Of a DNA stretch of 64,000 nt, positions 26,690-39,748 are shown piece by piece. Made by a program: the position numbers and the translations under genes. The stretch's first letter is position 1. Each line of letters begins with the position of its first letter. The DNA comes from Octopus sinensis (lineage: Eukaryota): the NCBI RefSeq assembly GCF_006345805.1, contig NC_043003.1:105152001-105216000 (forward strand), given 5' to 3'. The notes below the pieces were generated by a model. That model saw only the letters and a program-made list of their open reading frames with translations, made no database searches and had not been told where the DNA came from.

Positions 26690-27059
26690 ATCATTTACTT
26701 GCTTCAATCATTAAACAGTGGCCATGCTGGGGCACCACCTTGAGGAATTTTAGTTCAATGAATTGACCCCAATATTTATTTTCTGCTTCAGCCTGGTATT
26801 TATTCTGTTGGTTTCATTTGCTGAACTGCTAAGTTATGGGAATGTAAACACATTAACAGTGGGGGGAGACAAACACACACACTCACGCACGCATGCACGA
26901 CTTTGTTCTTTCAGTTTCCGTCTATCAAATCCACTCACAAGCTTTCGGTTGGCCTTGTGGCATAGTAGAAGATACTTGCCCAAGGTACCATGCAGTGGGA
27001 CTGAACCAGGAACCATGTAGTTGGGAAGCAAACCTCTTACCACACAGCCATGCCTGTGC
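26690..27059 (-). mobile_element. SINE family A copy
   Basis: Reverse-complement similarity to 18565-18960. Confidence 0.85.
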
Positions 27060-27450
27060 TCTAGTTTATGTCTTCTTCTTCTTCTTCTTCTTCAACTTCA
27101 CCTAGATTGTAAAAAGTAATATAGCTAGATATAACTGCCACAGAATAAATCAAAATAAAATGTTGATGGACAAAAGAGATAAATAAAATGGGTAAATCAT
27201 TGAGAAGGAATAAAAGGAAGGATGGGGAGCATGGGAGAAAAATATACCAAAATAGAACTGGATAAGAAAACTGTTCTTTATTCATAAGTCTATTTCTATC
27301 TGTATGTATATCTTATGTTAGTTATTACAGAATATTGAATTCATTTGGAGCCACAGTTTATTCAATTATTTCTCTGATTTACAATAAAAATATTTCCTAA
27401 AAACACCTGCTACCACTATTGTTATTTGGAATCCATAAGTATTATAGATT

Positions 27451-27830
27451 GTGGAGGCACAATGGCCCAGTGGTTAGGGCAGCAGATTTGCAGTCATAGG
27501 ATCGCGGTTTCGATTCCCAGACCGAGTGTTGTGAGTGTTTATTGAGCAAAGACACCTAAAGCTCCACAAGGCTCCGGCAGGGGGGGGGGGCGAACCCTGC
27601 TGTACTCTTTCACCACAACTTTCTCTCACTCTTTCCTCCTGTTTCTGTTGTATCTGTATTTCAAAGGGGCCAGCCTTGTCACACTCTGTGTCATTTCCCC
27701 AAGGACTACGTTAAGAGTACATGTATCTGTGGAGTGCTCAGCCACTTGCACATCAATTTCACAAGCAGGCTGTTCCATTGATCAGATCATCTGGAACCCT
27801 CGTCGTCGTAACCAACAGAGTGCCACGATT
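27451..27830 (+). mobile_element. tRNA-derived SINE, third family
   Basis: A box TGGCCCAGTGGTTAGGG, B box GGTTTCGATTCCC, then a long non-tRNA body, so not a true tRNA gene. A related head occurs at about 7570, 51165 and 60370. Confidence 0.75.
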
Positions 27831-28200
27831 ATGGATTGTGTATTCTATTTCCTCTCTTTGTGTATTTTATTGACTAACTGTGTGACGTATTGACTATTAA
27901 GGTCACTAACTATCATGCTCTATATCTCCTAATGATTAGTTCGCTGTTTGATTGCCACTTAAAGTCGAGTATTCAACAAAAGTTTACTGCTGTATTTAGT
28001 TACATCAATTCAGGTTCTGAGTTCAATTTTTGCTGAGATTTTCAAGTACCACCCAAGTACTAAGATTACAACTATTCCTGTCCATGGAATTTTGCAGCCT
28101 TGGGTCCTAAGCTAGAAATTATAATTAGTAAAATGAATTAAACTTTGTTTTTACAGGAAGAAAAGATCAAATTATCAAGAAAAAAAATCTCCCATAACTA

Positions 28201-28358
28201 CATGAGTGGCTGTGTGGTAAGTGGCTTGTTTACCAACCACATGGTCCTGGATTCAGCCCCACTGTGTGGTACCTTGGGCAAGTGTCTTCTAGTATAGCCT
28301 CAGGCTGACCAAAACCATGTAAGTGGATTTGGTAGACGGAAACTGAAAGAAGTTCATC

Positions 28359-28403
<45 letters not shown>

Positions 28404-28633
28404 TACATATATATATGTATGTTTGTGTGTGTTTGTGTGTCTGTTTGTCCCCCTATCATCACTTGACAACCGATGCTGGTGTGTTTACGTCCCCCGTAAC
28501 CTAGTGGTTTGGCAAAAGAGACTGATAGAATAAGTATTAGGTTTACAAGAATAAGTTCTGGGGTCAGTTTGTTTGCCTAACGGTGGTGCTCTAGCATGGC
28601 TACACTCAAATAACTGAAGCAAATAAAAGAATA
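28201..28633 (+). mobile_element. SINE family A copy
   Basis: Collinear similarity to 18565-18960. Confidence 0.85.
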
Positions 28634-30124
28634 CCTTACTAAGGAAACAAAGAAACTGACAATAAAAAAGTGGGGAATAAGCGGAAGAAGATGGTGGGGA
28701 GGGGTAGGGAGTAACCCCAGAACAAATGGTGTGTTTGGCCATACCTTGCAAACATGATTGCAAAGGTATTACCAAGGGGAATGGAACAGTGAGGGGGGGA
28801 GTGGCTGCTGCAGCAAGTGTCATTGGTAGAATTGTTAAAGTGTTGGACAAAATGCATTGCAGCCTTGCAGTGTTTGTTCTGTACATTCTGAGTTCAAATC
28901 CTGTCATGGTCAACTTTGCCTTTCATCCTTCCAAGGTTGACAAAATAAAGTACCAGTTAAGTATTCATTGTCGTCGTTGTCATCGTCATCGTCATCATCG
29001 TCATCATCATCATCATCACCATCGTCATCATTTTCATCCTCAGCCCCTGGACATCATTGTCTTCTAGGATTCGTAGGGTCAGTTACCCAATTTCCATGGT
29101 ATAACAGTAATTGAGATCACAACATTCCTACAGAATGGGACACAAGTCCTTTCCAGGGTTATTCGTCTACAGCTGAGTGAGCTGATGCTATGTGAAATGA
29201 AGTGTTTTGCTCAAGAATACAATGCACTGGGAACTGAAACTACTATCTTGCAATCATGAGTGCAACACCCTAACTTCTAGCCTTACTGGGGTCAATATAA
29301 TTACTTCACTGGGATCAGTGTTATTCTCCCTGCAAATTTTTGACTTTGTGCCTGTGTTACAATCAATTATTATTATTGGTGGGCGTGAAAGGGTGTGATC
29401 AGTTGATAGAATCGGTACAGTGCCAGATATGTCACTTTGGTGAAGGTGGTGGACTGGAAGAACCCTTTCAGTTCTAAGACTAAATTCCTCCTCGTATTTG
29501 TTCCAGCTCTTCCACTTTTATCCTTCCAGAGCTAATAACAAGGTACCAATTTAATATGGAGATTATAGTGGAGAGCTGGCAAAATTGTTAACACGCTGGG
29601 CAAAATGCTCCATGGCATTTCACCCATCTTTATGTTCTGCGATCAAATTCTGCTGAGGTCAACTTTGCTTTTCATCCTTTTGAGTTTGATAAAATAAGTA
29701 CCAGTTGAGCACTGGGGCCCATGTAACCGACTTACCCCTACCAAAAAAAAAAAAAAAGAAAAAATCGCTGGCCTTGTGCCAAAATTTGAAACCAGTTTGA
29801 TATGGAGATAAATTTAACTAACCCTTTTCCTAAGAAATAGATTATGTGGATTTCATTTTAAAAACTAATGATTCTGTCAAAATGATTTGGTCCCAACATT
29901 GAGAAAATCTTACAACATCATATAAAAGTTTTCCTTTGTTGGCTTATGTTGGCTCAGTTACTTGTTGGCTCAAGTAACTGAGTCCATGTATTAACAATAG
30001 TTCCTCTAGTTTAGAATTACTTCATTTCAGTTTTAGCCTTTCAAATTAGAACATTTAAGACTTCTATATTAATTGATTGGCATTACTAGAAAAGCTGAAA
30101 GTACAGACACCTATCGTTGAGAAC

Positions 30125-30310
30125 CAAGTTCACAAAGCTTCATATTATGGACGTACAAAGCAGCATGAGTCACTGCCCAAGACCAACTTGAGGGCAAAAA
30201 TGCTTGTATACTGACAAGATCAAAGAATGGATTGGAATCAAGAACCTGGCTGATTGTATGCATCCATAACAACACAGAGGAAACTGGAGAGTCTTGGAAA
30301 GCTGACCCTT
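30125..30310 (+). mobile_element. Degenerate RTE-type LINE C-terminal fragment
   Basis: Frameshifted YYGRTKQHESLPKT...TDKIKEWIG...ADC...NWR pattern. Confidence 0.5.
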
Positions 30311-30557
30311 GGACACAGGAGAGATACTTAACTGACAGTTGATTAATTCAATGTAGTTAATCAGAAGGATACAACTAATGATAAAAAGCCAAGTCTAGGG
30401 TACAGATATTTGATGCATTGATATTTTGTTTTAGATTAACTAGAACAGAGATTATTGTTTTACAAATTATTTTTTCTAACGAACATACCATAATCAAAAT
30501 TACTCTTGTTTTCATTCATTATAAATCTAATTAATTTCTTTTTTTTCTCCTTTGTAG

Positions 30558-30718
30558 CACAAAGGTCTTCCTTACTGCAATCAATGTTACCAGGCATTGT
30601 ATGGCCCTCAGATGTGCGGATATGGCTCAAACGTGTTTTCTCAAGCAAATTATCGGAAAAAGTTAACAATACCTATCAGAAAACATGGAACTAAGGATCC
30701 TCCTACTTTACGCAAAAG
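30558..30718 (+). CDS. Next coding exon, end of LIM domain plus linker: HKGLPYCNQCYQALYGPQMCGYGSNVFSQANYRKKLTIPIRKHGTKDPPTLRK; gene likely RASSF2/4-like (LIM-RA-SARAH, dRASSF type)
   Basis: Acceptor ttttttctcctttgtag|, phase 0, continuing the previous exon in frame and supplying the last C-x2-C. Probable donor ag|gttggt (phase 2). ERK, WHP.CLRC, PGQHAEHKG.PYC and GPQ..G.G match the Drosophila RASSF LIM as I recall it better than CRIP1. LIM call is firm; RASSF identity about 0.6 because no RA or SARAH exon is visible. Confidence 0.9.
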
Positions 30719-32413
30719 GTTGGTATCTACTAAGAAGAACTAACATTGAGACTTTTGTTTTGAAGTTGTAATGGTTAATTCTCTAATCATTGGAAGTCTT
30801 TGCCTTATCCTTACCTCTTTTCATTTATCTCTTTTTTTAGTCATGAATGGAGACATTCTATAAAAGATAAAATTACTAGCTATTCAGATAAAAATTTCAT
30901 TATCAGATTAAATCTAATTATTTCATGAAATTAAAGATAACTGATGACTAGTTATAGAGATGATTAACGTTTAGTGAGTTTTAGTTGATTAGATTCTCCC
31001 ATAATTTTGAGTTAACTGATAGTATAAGTGTAGACAATTTATAAACAAGTTTTACTAATCTTTCTATTAATTTACACACAATGTACATCAACCAACTCTT
31101 CTTTCTGATAAGCTTAATGTTCAAACTTCACTAATTAACACTGCAATTATCTATTTAGTGCTTAATTTGTGCCTGCTCTTGCTAATTTTAAGTTATGTTC
31201 TTTCTGTTTTTATATCTTGCTAATGATATTTATTCAAATTTGTCATTTGTTTTATTTCTTTGACATATTTTATTGTAACATAAACAGAACTGTACTTGGA
31301 CCTAAATTTCACTTCAAATTAATTTAGTCTACTCAGCTTAACGAGGACAAACACACATACACACACACATGCATGCATGCGTGCGTGTGCACACACTCAC
31401 ACACACACTGGCATGCATGCGAATACAAACATACACATATACACATGTACGTACAGGTACATCTATGCAATCATTATTTTTGCAGGAAATAATATTTAAG
31501 CCATCACTTATCATAAACATTATTTTACTTTTTTCAGTTACATGTTATATTTCAAAGGCTTTTTAGACCACATATCACACGATCTATCTGTGTGTAATTG
31601 ATATAGTTTTTAACTGTAAGCACATAAGAAGAGCTACTGGAAGTTTTTAGGCTAATAAAATGAATTTGGTCTCAAAATAAATCCTAACAACAACACAGTG
31701 AAATTACTAGATCAACAGTAGTAAAAACCCAATTTTTTGCAGGGTGGGACAAGGATGTGTTTTAATGTGTGCACAGCATTTGTAAATGTTATTTTAGAAG
31801 ACCGAATATTTTAAAATGTACTTAGTTACATGGTCTTTACAACTTTATCTGCTGTAGTTAAGAGGAATGTTTTAAAAAAAAAGTCTCACTTCATTCTGGT
31901 AACAGAAAAATTTTCTTTCTAATATGTGTCCTACATATGATGGATATATTAAAAAGATTATTGCTGAGCTGCAGGACTAAGTATCTAGGACTACATTATC
32001 TAATGTGTTCGTTTTTTTAAGATAGAAGGGTGTCATTTGAGAGAGAGATTTGACTGCTATTTTTAGCAGGTTGACCCCCCTAAGTATAGAATGTTGGGAA
32101 AATAAACATGTGAATGGTGTCATCTTGTAAAAAAACCACTTGATGAATGAGAAGTTGAATTTGAATGAGCTAACAAACAGAATAGCTAGAGATGAATAAG
32201 TTAATAAACGAAATAACTGGGGATAAACGAGTTAACAAACACAATCACTGGAAATGATGTAGTGTTAGCAAACTAATCATCTTCATCATTTGACATCCGT
32301 TTTCCATGCTGGCATGGGTTGGATGGTATGAGGGGAGCTGGCAGGTTGGAGAGTTGCACCAATTTTCAATAGCTTGATGCCCTTCCTAATGGCAGCCACT
32401 TTGCAGAGTGTAC

Positions 32414-32648
32414 TGGGTGCTTTTTTATGTGGCACCAACATGGGTGCTTTCTATGTGGCACCAATATGGGTGCTTTATATGTAACACAAACATGGGTGCT
32501 TTATATGTGGCACCATTATGGGTGCTTTTTATGTGGAACCAGCATGAATACTTTATATGCAACACCAGTACGGGTGCTTTCTATGTGGCACCAGCACGGG
32601 TGCTTTTTATGTGGCACCAGCATGGGCGCCTTATATGTGGCACCAGCA
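32414..32648. repeat. 26-bp minisatellite x9 inside a family C repeat
   Basis: Unit TGGGTGCTTTYTATGTGGCACCAGCA; the units abut with no unique spacers. Confidence 0.95.
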
Positions 32649-33429
32649 CCTGCAAGGTCACCAGCATTTAAATAATAAGGAATACCAGAGTAGTAGAAAA
32701 TATAAAAGCTTAAGTAAAAATTTTGCTAATTGCTATCCAGATAATATCAGATATATTACAAGTGTCTCAAATAAGAAGGAAATGATAGATAAAGAATTCT
32801 TTCCTCAATGAATTCATTTGAAAATTTCATTGATCAGGAAATACTGTGGTGTCTGTCTACTTGCCAGGTTTGTGTCAGTGCATCATATCAGTAAGTCAAT
32901 TGAAAGAATTAACTCTAAAGAGTTAACTCTCTTAGAAGTTCTAAACTTAGAATGGTCAAGCCAATGTGGGAATCACTGCATAGTTGCTTGGTCTGCTACA
33001 AATAGCAACCAAGGCTCCCTCAAATCACTTCCTACTGTCTTAAATAAACAAAACAACACATTAGACATTGTAACCCAATCCTGTCTTTTTAGGAATACAT
33101 GTAGCCTCATTTATAACTGATTCATTCATCACTGATCTGGGATAATATTAGCATGCTCAATTGTGAACCATGTTATACTTATCATGGATTGATCTCTGGT
33201 AGTACAAGTTAGTAATCAAAGGTTCTGTGTGTACCACAAAAACATACCCTGGCAATCACCCACAATGCTCAGCTACCCAGAATGCACTACTGCTTATGTT
33301 AACATAACTTTGTGGTGAAACTATTTATTTTTTATACGGATTTATGTACTCCATCCCATCAACATGAGACCAATGACCTGAAAAAAATACAAAAGGCATC
33401 TGATCCTAACAGATGACACAACAAGTATA

Positions 33430-33510
33430 TTCTCTACAGCAAAAGGTAGCTTCACTACTGTGGGCCATGAGCTTGGTGTTAATGAATCTACCATTCATTC
33501 CATTTATAAA
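33430..33510 (+). mobile_element. Tigger/pogo transposase HTH remnant
   Basis: VGHELGVNESTIHSIYK resembles the CENP-B-type HTH of Tigger transposases. Confidence 0.4.
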
Positions 33511-33729
33511 GTGTGTGGAAAAGATTCGCTTATTGCTGATTCATTTATCACTGTGTTTTTGTTTCAAAACCAAACTCCCTTGATAAACAAAGATAGATGT
33601 ATTTCTATTTTAAAGCTTAGGAAAAATGATAAAAAAAACAAAAGGACTCCAGTTCTGAAAATGTGTGAAATCCAGAAAAGCTCAAATGTATCCATCCATG
33701 GAATTTTGTTCTGTTACATCTCAGACTTA

Positions 33730-34070
33730 CTTTCTCCTTTCTCAATCTCTGTCTTTTCGTCAGCTGCTCTACTAGATTCAGTCCTTCATAGCTTGCCTGC
33801 CGTAGCCTCTCTTCCACACTAAATGTTTCTGTGGTGCTCATCTATTTACTCTTTTGTCAACAATACTTTGTCATTGTCTCTCTACCCACACTATGCCATC
33901 TTTCCTTTCAAGGACCATTGCTTTATCCAACATCTCTCTCATCTAATGTATTAATACAGTTTATTTCTATTAAACATTTCTATTGCCACATTAACCACAC
34001 CCTTCTTATTTTCTCATTTCATAATTCTAGTCAGAGAGGACCTTCCTGACCTATAGCCAACAATACACTT
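33730..34070 (-). mobile_element. Highly degenerate RTE-type LINE C-terminal fragment
   Basis: Minus strand NEKIRR..VAIE...RNKL motif remnants with stops. Confidence 0.35.
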
Positions 34071-35884
34071 TGCCATCAAATATATTATTGATAACATTAA
34101 AATCCTTCCAATTGTTGACCTATGATGGCCCTTTAAAGCACATGCATTATTAAAGTTACTCTTTTATTCTTTTTTTATAGATAATTATGACAAATACTTC
34201 AATTGTATATCTATGGTACCATTGATCAATGGTATCCTTATTCCAGTAAATACACTGCATTTTCTGTGTTTCCTTTTGTTTCTTTATTATTTCACTGATC
34301 TTTTGTCTCTGTTTTATAACAAGGGAATCAAATAAAAGTCCTAAAGAAGTTCATTTAGTTGTAGTAATACGTGAGTTTTTATTTTGTCATAAATTTCATC
34401 AGTCATCAGTAAATAATAGCATAATCTGTAGAGTTTGTAGTGATTGGTTAGGATGTAGGAAACAGCTTCACCATTTTAAAGAATGGAACATGATTTCAAC
34501 ACAGTTTCCAGTTTCTATGTATATCATAAGAGTGTCTGGAATAAGATTCTCAAGGACTGCAAAAAGAGAAAAATTCATATAATTTAGTATATAGTCTTTT
34601 TGGTATTCATCAAATATTAGACTCATAGATTGAGCTCAGATGGAGATCTGATAATTAGAAATGTATGTGCATGTTGTATTTATGAATTGATGGAGGTCTG
34701 TATGTTTATGAGTAGATTAATGTAGACCAATCTAATGGTTTTATTTGTTTATTCGTTAGTCAATGTGTGTATGATGGGCTTCCATGCAGTCTTTGTCCAC
34801 TAATTTCACTCGCTATGCATTGGTCACCCTAAGGCTATTGTAGATGTCACTTGCCAAGATTCCATACAGTGGGATAGTACTCAAAACAATCTGGTTACAA
34901 AGTGAACTCTTGTCTCCAGAGCCATAGTTGCACCTTGACGTGTCAAGACTTATTAACATCAGTTTTTATTGGCTTTGTATTCTATTTTAGATTTTTGTTT
35001 CTTTTCTTCTGAGCACTTCTTAAAAACCAATATACTGAACATGTTTATTTTTTTCTCTTGATTCCACAGTATTGTGGCTTTCATCACTCTCCTATACTTA
35101 CACTAATAAGAATAAGAACAGCAATATTTCAGATACATCTAATGGATATGAGACTTATTTATTTATTTATTTGCTGTAGCAATAAACTTGTGAAAGTCCA
35201 AGTCAGTTCACTTGAAAATTGATATTTTGCTTTAAATGACTCATAAATTATCTGTGAAGTAGCCTGCTGCAACCGCAGATTATATCACTTTTTTTTTTAT
35301 TAATGCTTATATTACATATGTAAACTGTAACATTTAGAGCACTGTCTTTTTGAAAACTGTACTAAATTGATTTATGATTACAAGCAGAAACACTCACCTA
35401 CCCCACGCCCTGGGTGTTTTCTGTTGGTTGTTAAATAATATTTACACATTTGATTCTCAATTTGGGTAACTTTTTGATCTGTTACATCTAATTTCTCTTT
35501 GTATCCTTTATTCATCTAACAGCACACATTCACTCAATAAATAATTTAGAATGATAGCAAGCACTCAAAGACAGTGCTGGTTTGCTCTGCTTTACTTTTC
35601 CATTAATATATTTATTTTGTACATTAGTTACAAATGTAAAGAGATGGGAAATGGTATTCTATTCCCGTTCATCATGTGAACTATGATAACCCAAACAGTG
35701 CAGATCTCAGCAAAGGAATTAATTATCAGAAATATATAACAGATTTCATGTTATAATCCTTATTGTGTACTGGAAAAGTTTTCTATGATGGTTATTTAAA
35801 AAAAAAAACATTCTGCACAACAATCAAATACTTCAGTTGGGAGAAAATGAGACTAGTCTGTATTAGGAACAATTGACACAAGTA

Positions 35885-36396
35885 CTGTAAATCCTCGAGT
35901 ATAATCTGCACTTTTTTCCCAAAATTTAAAGGTCAAAATTCCTAGTGTGTACTATATACGAGGTTAAAAATGAAAATTATTTTCTAAGCAATGTCTGAGT
36001 CTCTATTTGCTGTCCGGCAATGTTTATTCAGACGCATTTTGTGATATTGGGTGCGAAAATACCTTAAGCTAAGCCTGAACGCTATGAAGTCATAAAAGAA
36101 TTATCTATAACTTGCAATAAGCAACATTTATTAAACATTATTACTGTTATTTCTTTATTTTCTGCAAACAAAATGCACAAAAAAGCTACACGTTTGCATT
36201 ATGTTATTTATACAATAATAATAAAGGACGTTACCGTATACAGTTTTACAAACCAAGGAAGTTATATAGACCTCCTTGACTCAAGTTAGAGAAGAGGTGC
36301 GTATTATACACAAGGTTTAGGTTTTTCAGAGGTACAGTCCCCTAAAAATCCCCTGCGTATTATACTCAAGGGCGGACTATACTTGAGGATTTATGG
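35885..36396. mobile_element. pogo/Tigger-type MITE (512 bp)
   Basis: TA|CTGTAAATCCTCGAGTATAATCTGCA ... GGCGGACTATACTTGAGGATTTATGG|TA; about 26-bp imperfect TIRs, TA TSD, no ORF. Confidence 0.85.
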
Positions 36397-37802
36397 TAAA
36401 TTAAAACCACTCTTCTTCTTCTTCAAAAACATTCAGCAAATCTGAAAGGATACTGAAATCTACATAATTTGGGTGATGCTGGAGCAAGCTTATAATTTGG
36501 AGAAATGTTTTTACTGATCTATCTGTAGAAAGTAGCGTCATGAAGTGTAAAAGACAGAAAAAGAGACGGAATGTTATGTCAAATTGAAACTAGTTTTCTC
36601 TTGTTGATATCTTCAATAATAAAAGAGTTTAGAAAACCACATTTTGATAAAAATATATTAAAATTAGAAATTTTAAGAATTGTCTAGAAAGTACAGACTT
36701 TAATAATTACTTTCTCTTTATAAAAGTTACTTACTCCAAACTAATTAATAATCAGCTTTCTCTATTATAGTACAGATTATTACTTAGATTGAATATGCAA
36801 AAGACTTTATTCACTGCTTTTGAACTGTCCGGTCAAATTTACAGTAGTTATGCTGAATAAAGAAAGGCTATTGATAAATATCTATTCTTTTAGTTAACAT
36901 AACTTACAAATTTCTTATATTTCTACTTCATAAAGATTTTAATTTTATTTATCTGAAAAATGATACTGTTTATTGAATTTTTTCTCCTGTAAACACTTCT
37001 GTCTTTCTTTCTTTTTTTAAATAAAATGTAGTAGTAATTCTTATAACGAACAAAAAAAAAATTATCGCACAGTCCATTAATTCTGTAGTGATAGGAAACT
37101 TTTCTGTTTGCCTGCACCTGTAGAAATTTTAAAGTTTACTGAAAATTTTTAAATTTGGTGTATTGATGTAATTTTTCATGCTGAATCTCAGGAGAGAATT
37201 CACTTTTTCCAGAAAATTTTTTAAAAAAGTTACCATGGTTCAAAGTTTGATGATTTCAGTCAGAAAACAGGATTGGGAAGCTGTCATTTTGTGCATAACA
37301 GCACATGTTGTCAACTGCAAACAACTGGAATATTGGTGGAATTCTGCTTTATGCATGTCATATAACCCCTCATAACTTTTTTATTTGATGGGGATTTTTA
37401 GAAAATTTTTGCTAATTTGTATTCTACATGTGGTAATTCATAAGATTATGCATAAAAAAAATTGTGCGTGATTTTAAGGCTTATTTAGCTGTTATTTTTA
37501 GCACATTTCATGCAGCATGTGTTTTAAGAATTTAATAAGCGACAAAAAGAACACATGATAAGCAGCTTGGTAACGGCTTGGCTTGTTACTATAGAAACAA
37601 GCACCTATATGTTTGTGGCTTTTGATTGGCTAAAATCACCCCAAATTTGGAAACTTTAAAATCTTTATTTATTGATTTATGGCAGCAAAAATGAATTTCA
37701 TGTCAATGATTATTTTACAAAACTACACCAACACACCAAATATAGAATCAATTGGAACAAAAATTGAAGAAATTGGAAAGTGGCAGCCAAACAGAAAAGA
37801 TC

Positions 37803-37809
37803 CAGCAGT

Positions 37810-37859
<50 letters not shown>

Positions 37860-37925
37860 TAGTAGTAGTAGCAGTAGCAGCAGCAGCAGCAGCAGAAGCA
37901 GAAGCAGCAGCAGTAGTAGCAGCAA
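37803..37925. repeat. Compound (CAG)n/(TAG)n microsatellite
   Basis: Seen directly. Confidence 0.98.
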
Positions 37926-38446
37926 TAGTTGTAGGGAAGAAGATAATTTCTCTAATGCCTTTTACAAGCTCATGGAAAAAATTTGAACTTTATACAAGTT
38001 AATGTAACACCTGTTTATATTACATGATTTTTGCTGATCTTCATTCGGTAGTTTTTAACAAATAAATAGAGTAGATTATTGAGAGAAAAGCACCCATTGT
38101 AACATGGTTAGCATTAGGAAGGGTATCTTGCTGTAGAAACCATGCCAAAGCTGACATTGGAGACTGACACAACTTGCCAGACCTTATCAGACCATCCAAA
38201 TCATGCCCGCATCATTGATACATACGAACCAATTTGTTGCCTCTTCATTCAGTAGGCCACTACCTATTGTCTCATTCAGGCAGCAGAAAGTTACTTTAAA
38301 AAGTAATACTGCAGAAGACATCACTTACTTGCCAAATTTAAATTGAAAGTTTCCATATTTAAGAATATATTACAATTCTATCTACATTGATTAAGCTAAA
38401 GTATTTTCTTGAACCACCTTTGTTAATCAATTATCGTCTTAACAAA

Positions 38447-38885
38447 GGCGGTGAGCTGGCAGAAATGTTAGCACACCAGGCAAAGTGCTTAGCAGTATTT
38501 CATCTGTCTTTACGTTCTAAGTTCAAATTCCGCCGAGGTTGACTTTGCCTTTCATCCTTTCAGAGTCGATAAATTAAGTACCAGTTGCGTACTGGGGTCA
38601 ATCTAATCAACTGGCTCCCTCCCTCAAAATTTTAGGCCTTGTGTCTAGAATAGAAAAGCATTATCATCTTGACAAAGGCGGCAAGCTGGCAGAAATGTTA
38701 GCACACCGGGGGAAATTCTTAGCGGTATTTCATCTGTCTTTACGTTCTGAGTTCAAATTCCACCAAGGTTGACTTTGCCTTTCATCCTTTAGGAGTTGTA
38801 AATTAAGTACCAGTTGTGTACTGGGGACAATCTAATTGACTGCCCCTCCCCAAGTTTCAGGCCTTGTGCCTAGAATGGAAAAGAA
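38447..38885 (+). mobile_element. Tandem pair of SINE family B, period 230 bp
   Basis: Units start at 38447 and 38677; host motif TTATCGTCTTAACAA occurs before, between and after. Confidence 0.9.
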
Positions 38886-39709
38886 TTATTGTCTTAACAA
38901 GTTTTGTCAGCTGCCTAACATTTCAAATTAAACAGCTTTATTTCATTATTTTCATCTAAGTTGTCATCTTACAAGCTTGTCAAACTCCTATGTCTAAATT
39001 CTGCATTACATCAGACAGATACTTTATACTATAGCAAGCTTTATATTTTCTAATTTTAATAAAACTTTTAAGTGAGTTTGACAAAAAAGTATGATCTGGC
39101 TGAATCCGTTGAAACTATATTTAATACTGTTTCTGTGTATAATCTTTTATTAGAAATAATCTTAAAATATATTATACTTGGTAAATTAATTTTTATTCAA
39201 CTAATCATTCATTTTTCTTTTCCACGTATTCTTTTACTTATAGCGTACAAAATAAAGTACTTATATATTATTTTACTTAGCAATGAAGGTAGCAAACAGA
39301 CAGAATCATTACCACACTGGAAAAATTCTTAGAAGAATTTCTTCTGTCTTTTTACATTCTGAGCTCCAATATCACCCACTGAGGTCAACTTTGTCTTTTG
39401 TCATTTTGGGGTTAATAAAATAAGTACCAGTTGGACACAGGGATCAAGGTAATCAACTTCTCCCTCCCCTCAAAAATTACTAGCTTTGTTTTAAGATTAG
39501 AAAGGATTATTTTATTTAAAATGTTATAATGTTGTCCTGACAAAAATTCAATAGCAATTAGAAGACTCAATCTATTGAAACACATAACTGGTTTTCAAAT
39601 TTGACGTTATCACATTTTTGCAGCAGGCTACCTCACTTTTTACTTTGCATGAGAAATTGAACATTTTTTCAGACTTTATATTTCATTTTGATGGCTTTCT
39701 ATTCACTAG

Positions 39710-39748
39710 CCATCGCAGTGTCAAGGAATCCATTCTGCTGTGGGACAG
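39710..39748 (+). CDS. Candidate 39-nt symmetric phase-2 microexon: (S)HRSVKESILLWD(R)
   Basis: ttctattcactag| acceptor and ag|gttggt donor (same hexamer as at 30719); keeps frame between 30718 and 58730; not in a recognisable repeat. No homology support. Confidence 0.3.

Noticed and set aside
27451-27525. True tRNA gene
   Set aside because: A/B boxes are present but there is no clean cloverleaf or T-run terminator, and it continues into a SINE body.
32408-32675. CRISPR-like repeat array and repetitive ORFs
   Set aside because: Units abut with no unique spacers, the context is eukaryotic and there are no cas genes; it is a minisatellite.
33726-33841. Minus-strand exon-like ORF STTETFSVEERLRQ... 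with GTAAGT donor
   Set aside because: Purine-rich acceptor region, contiguous with a decayed RTE fragment.
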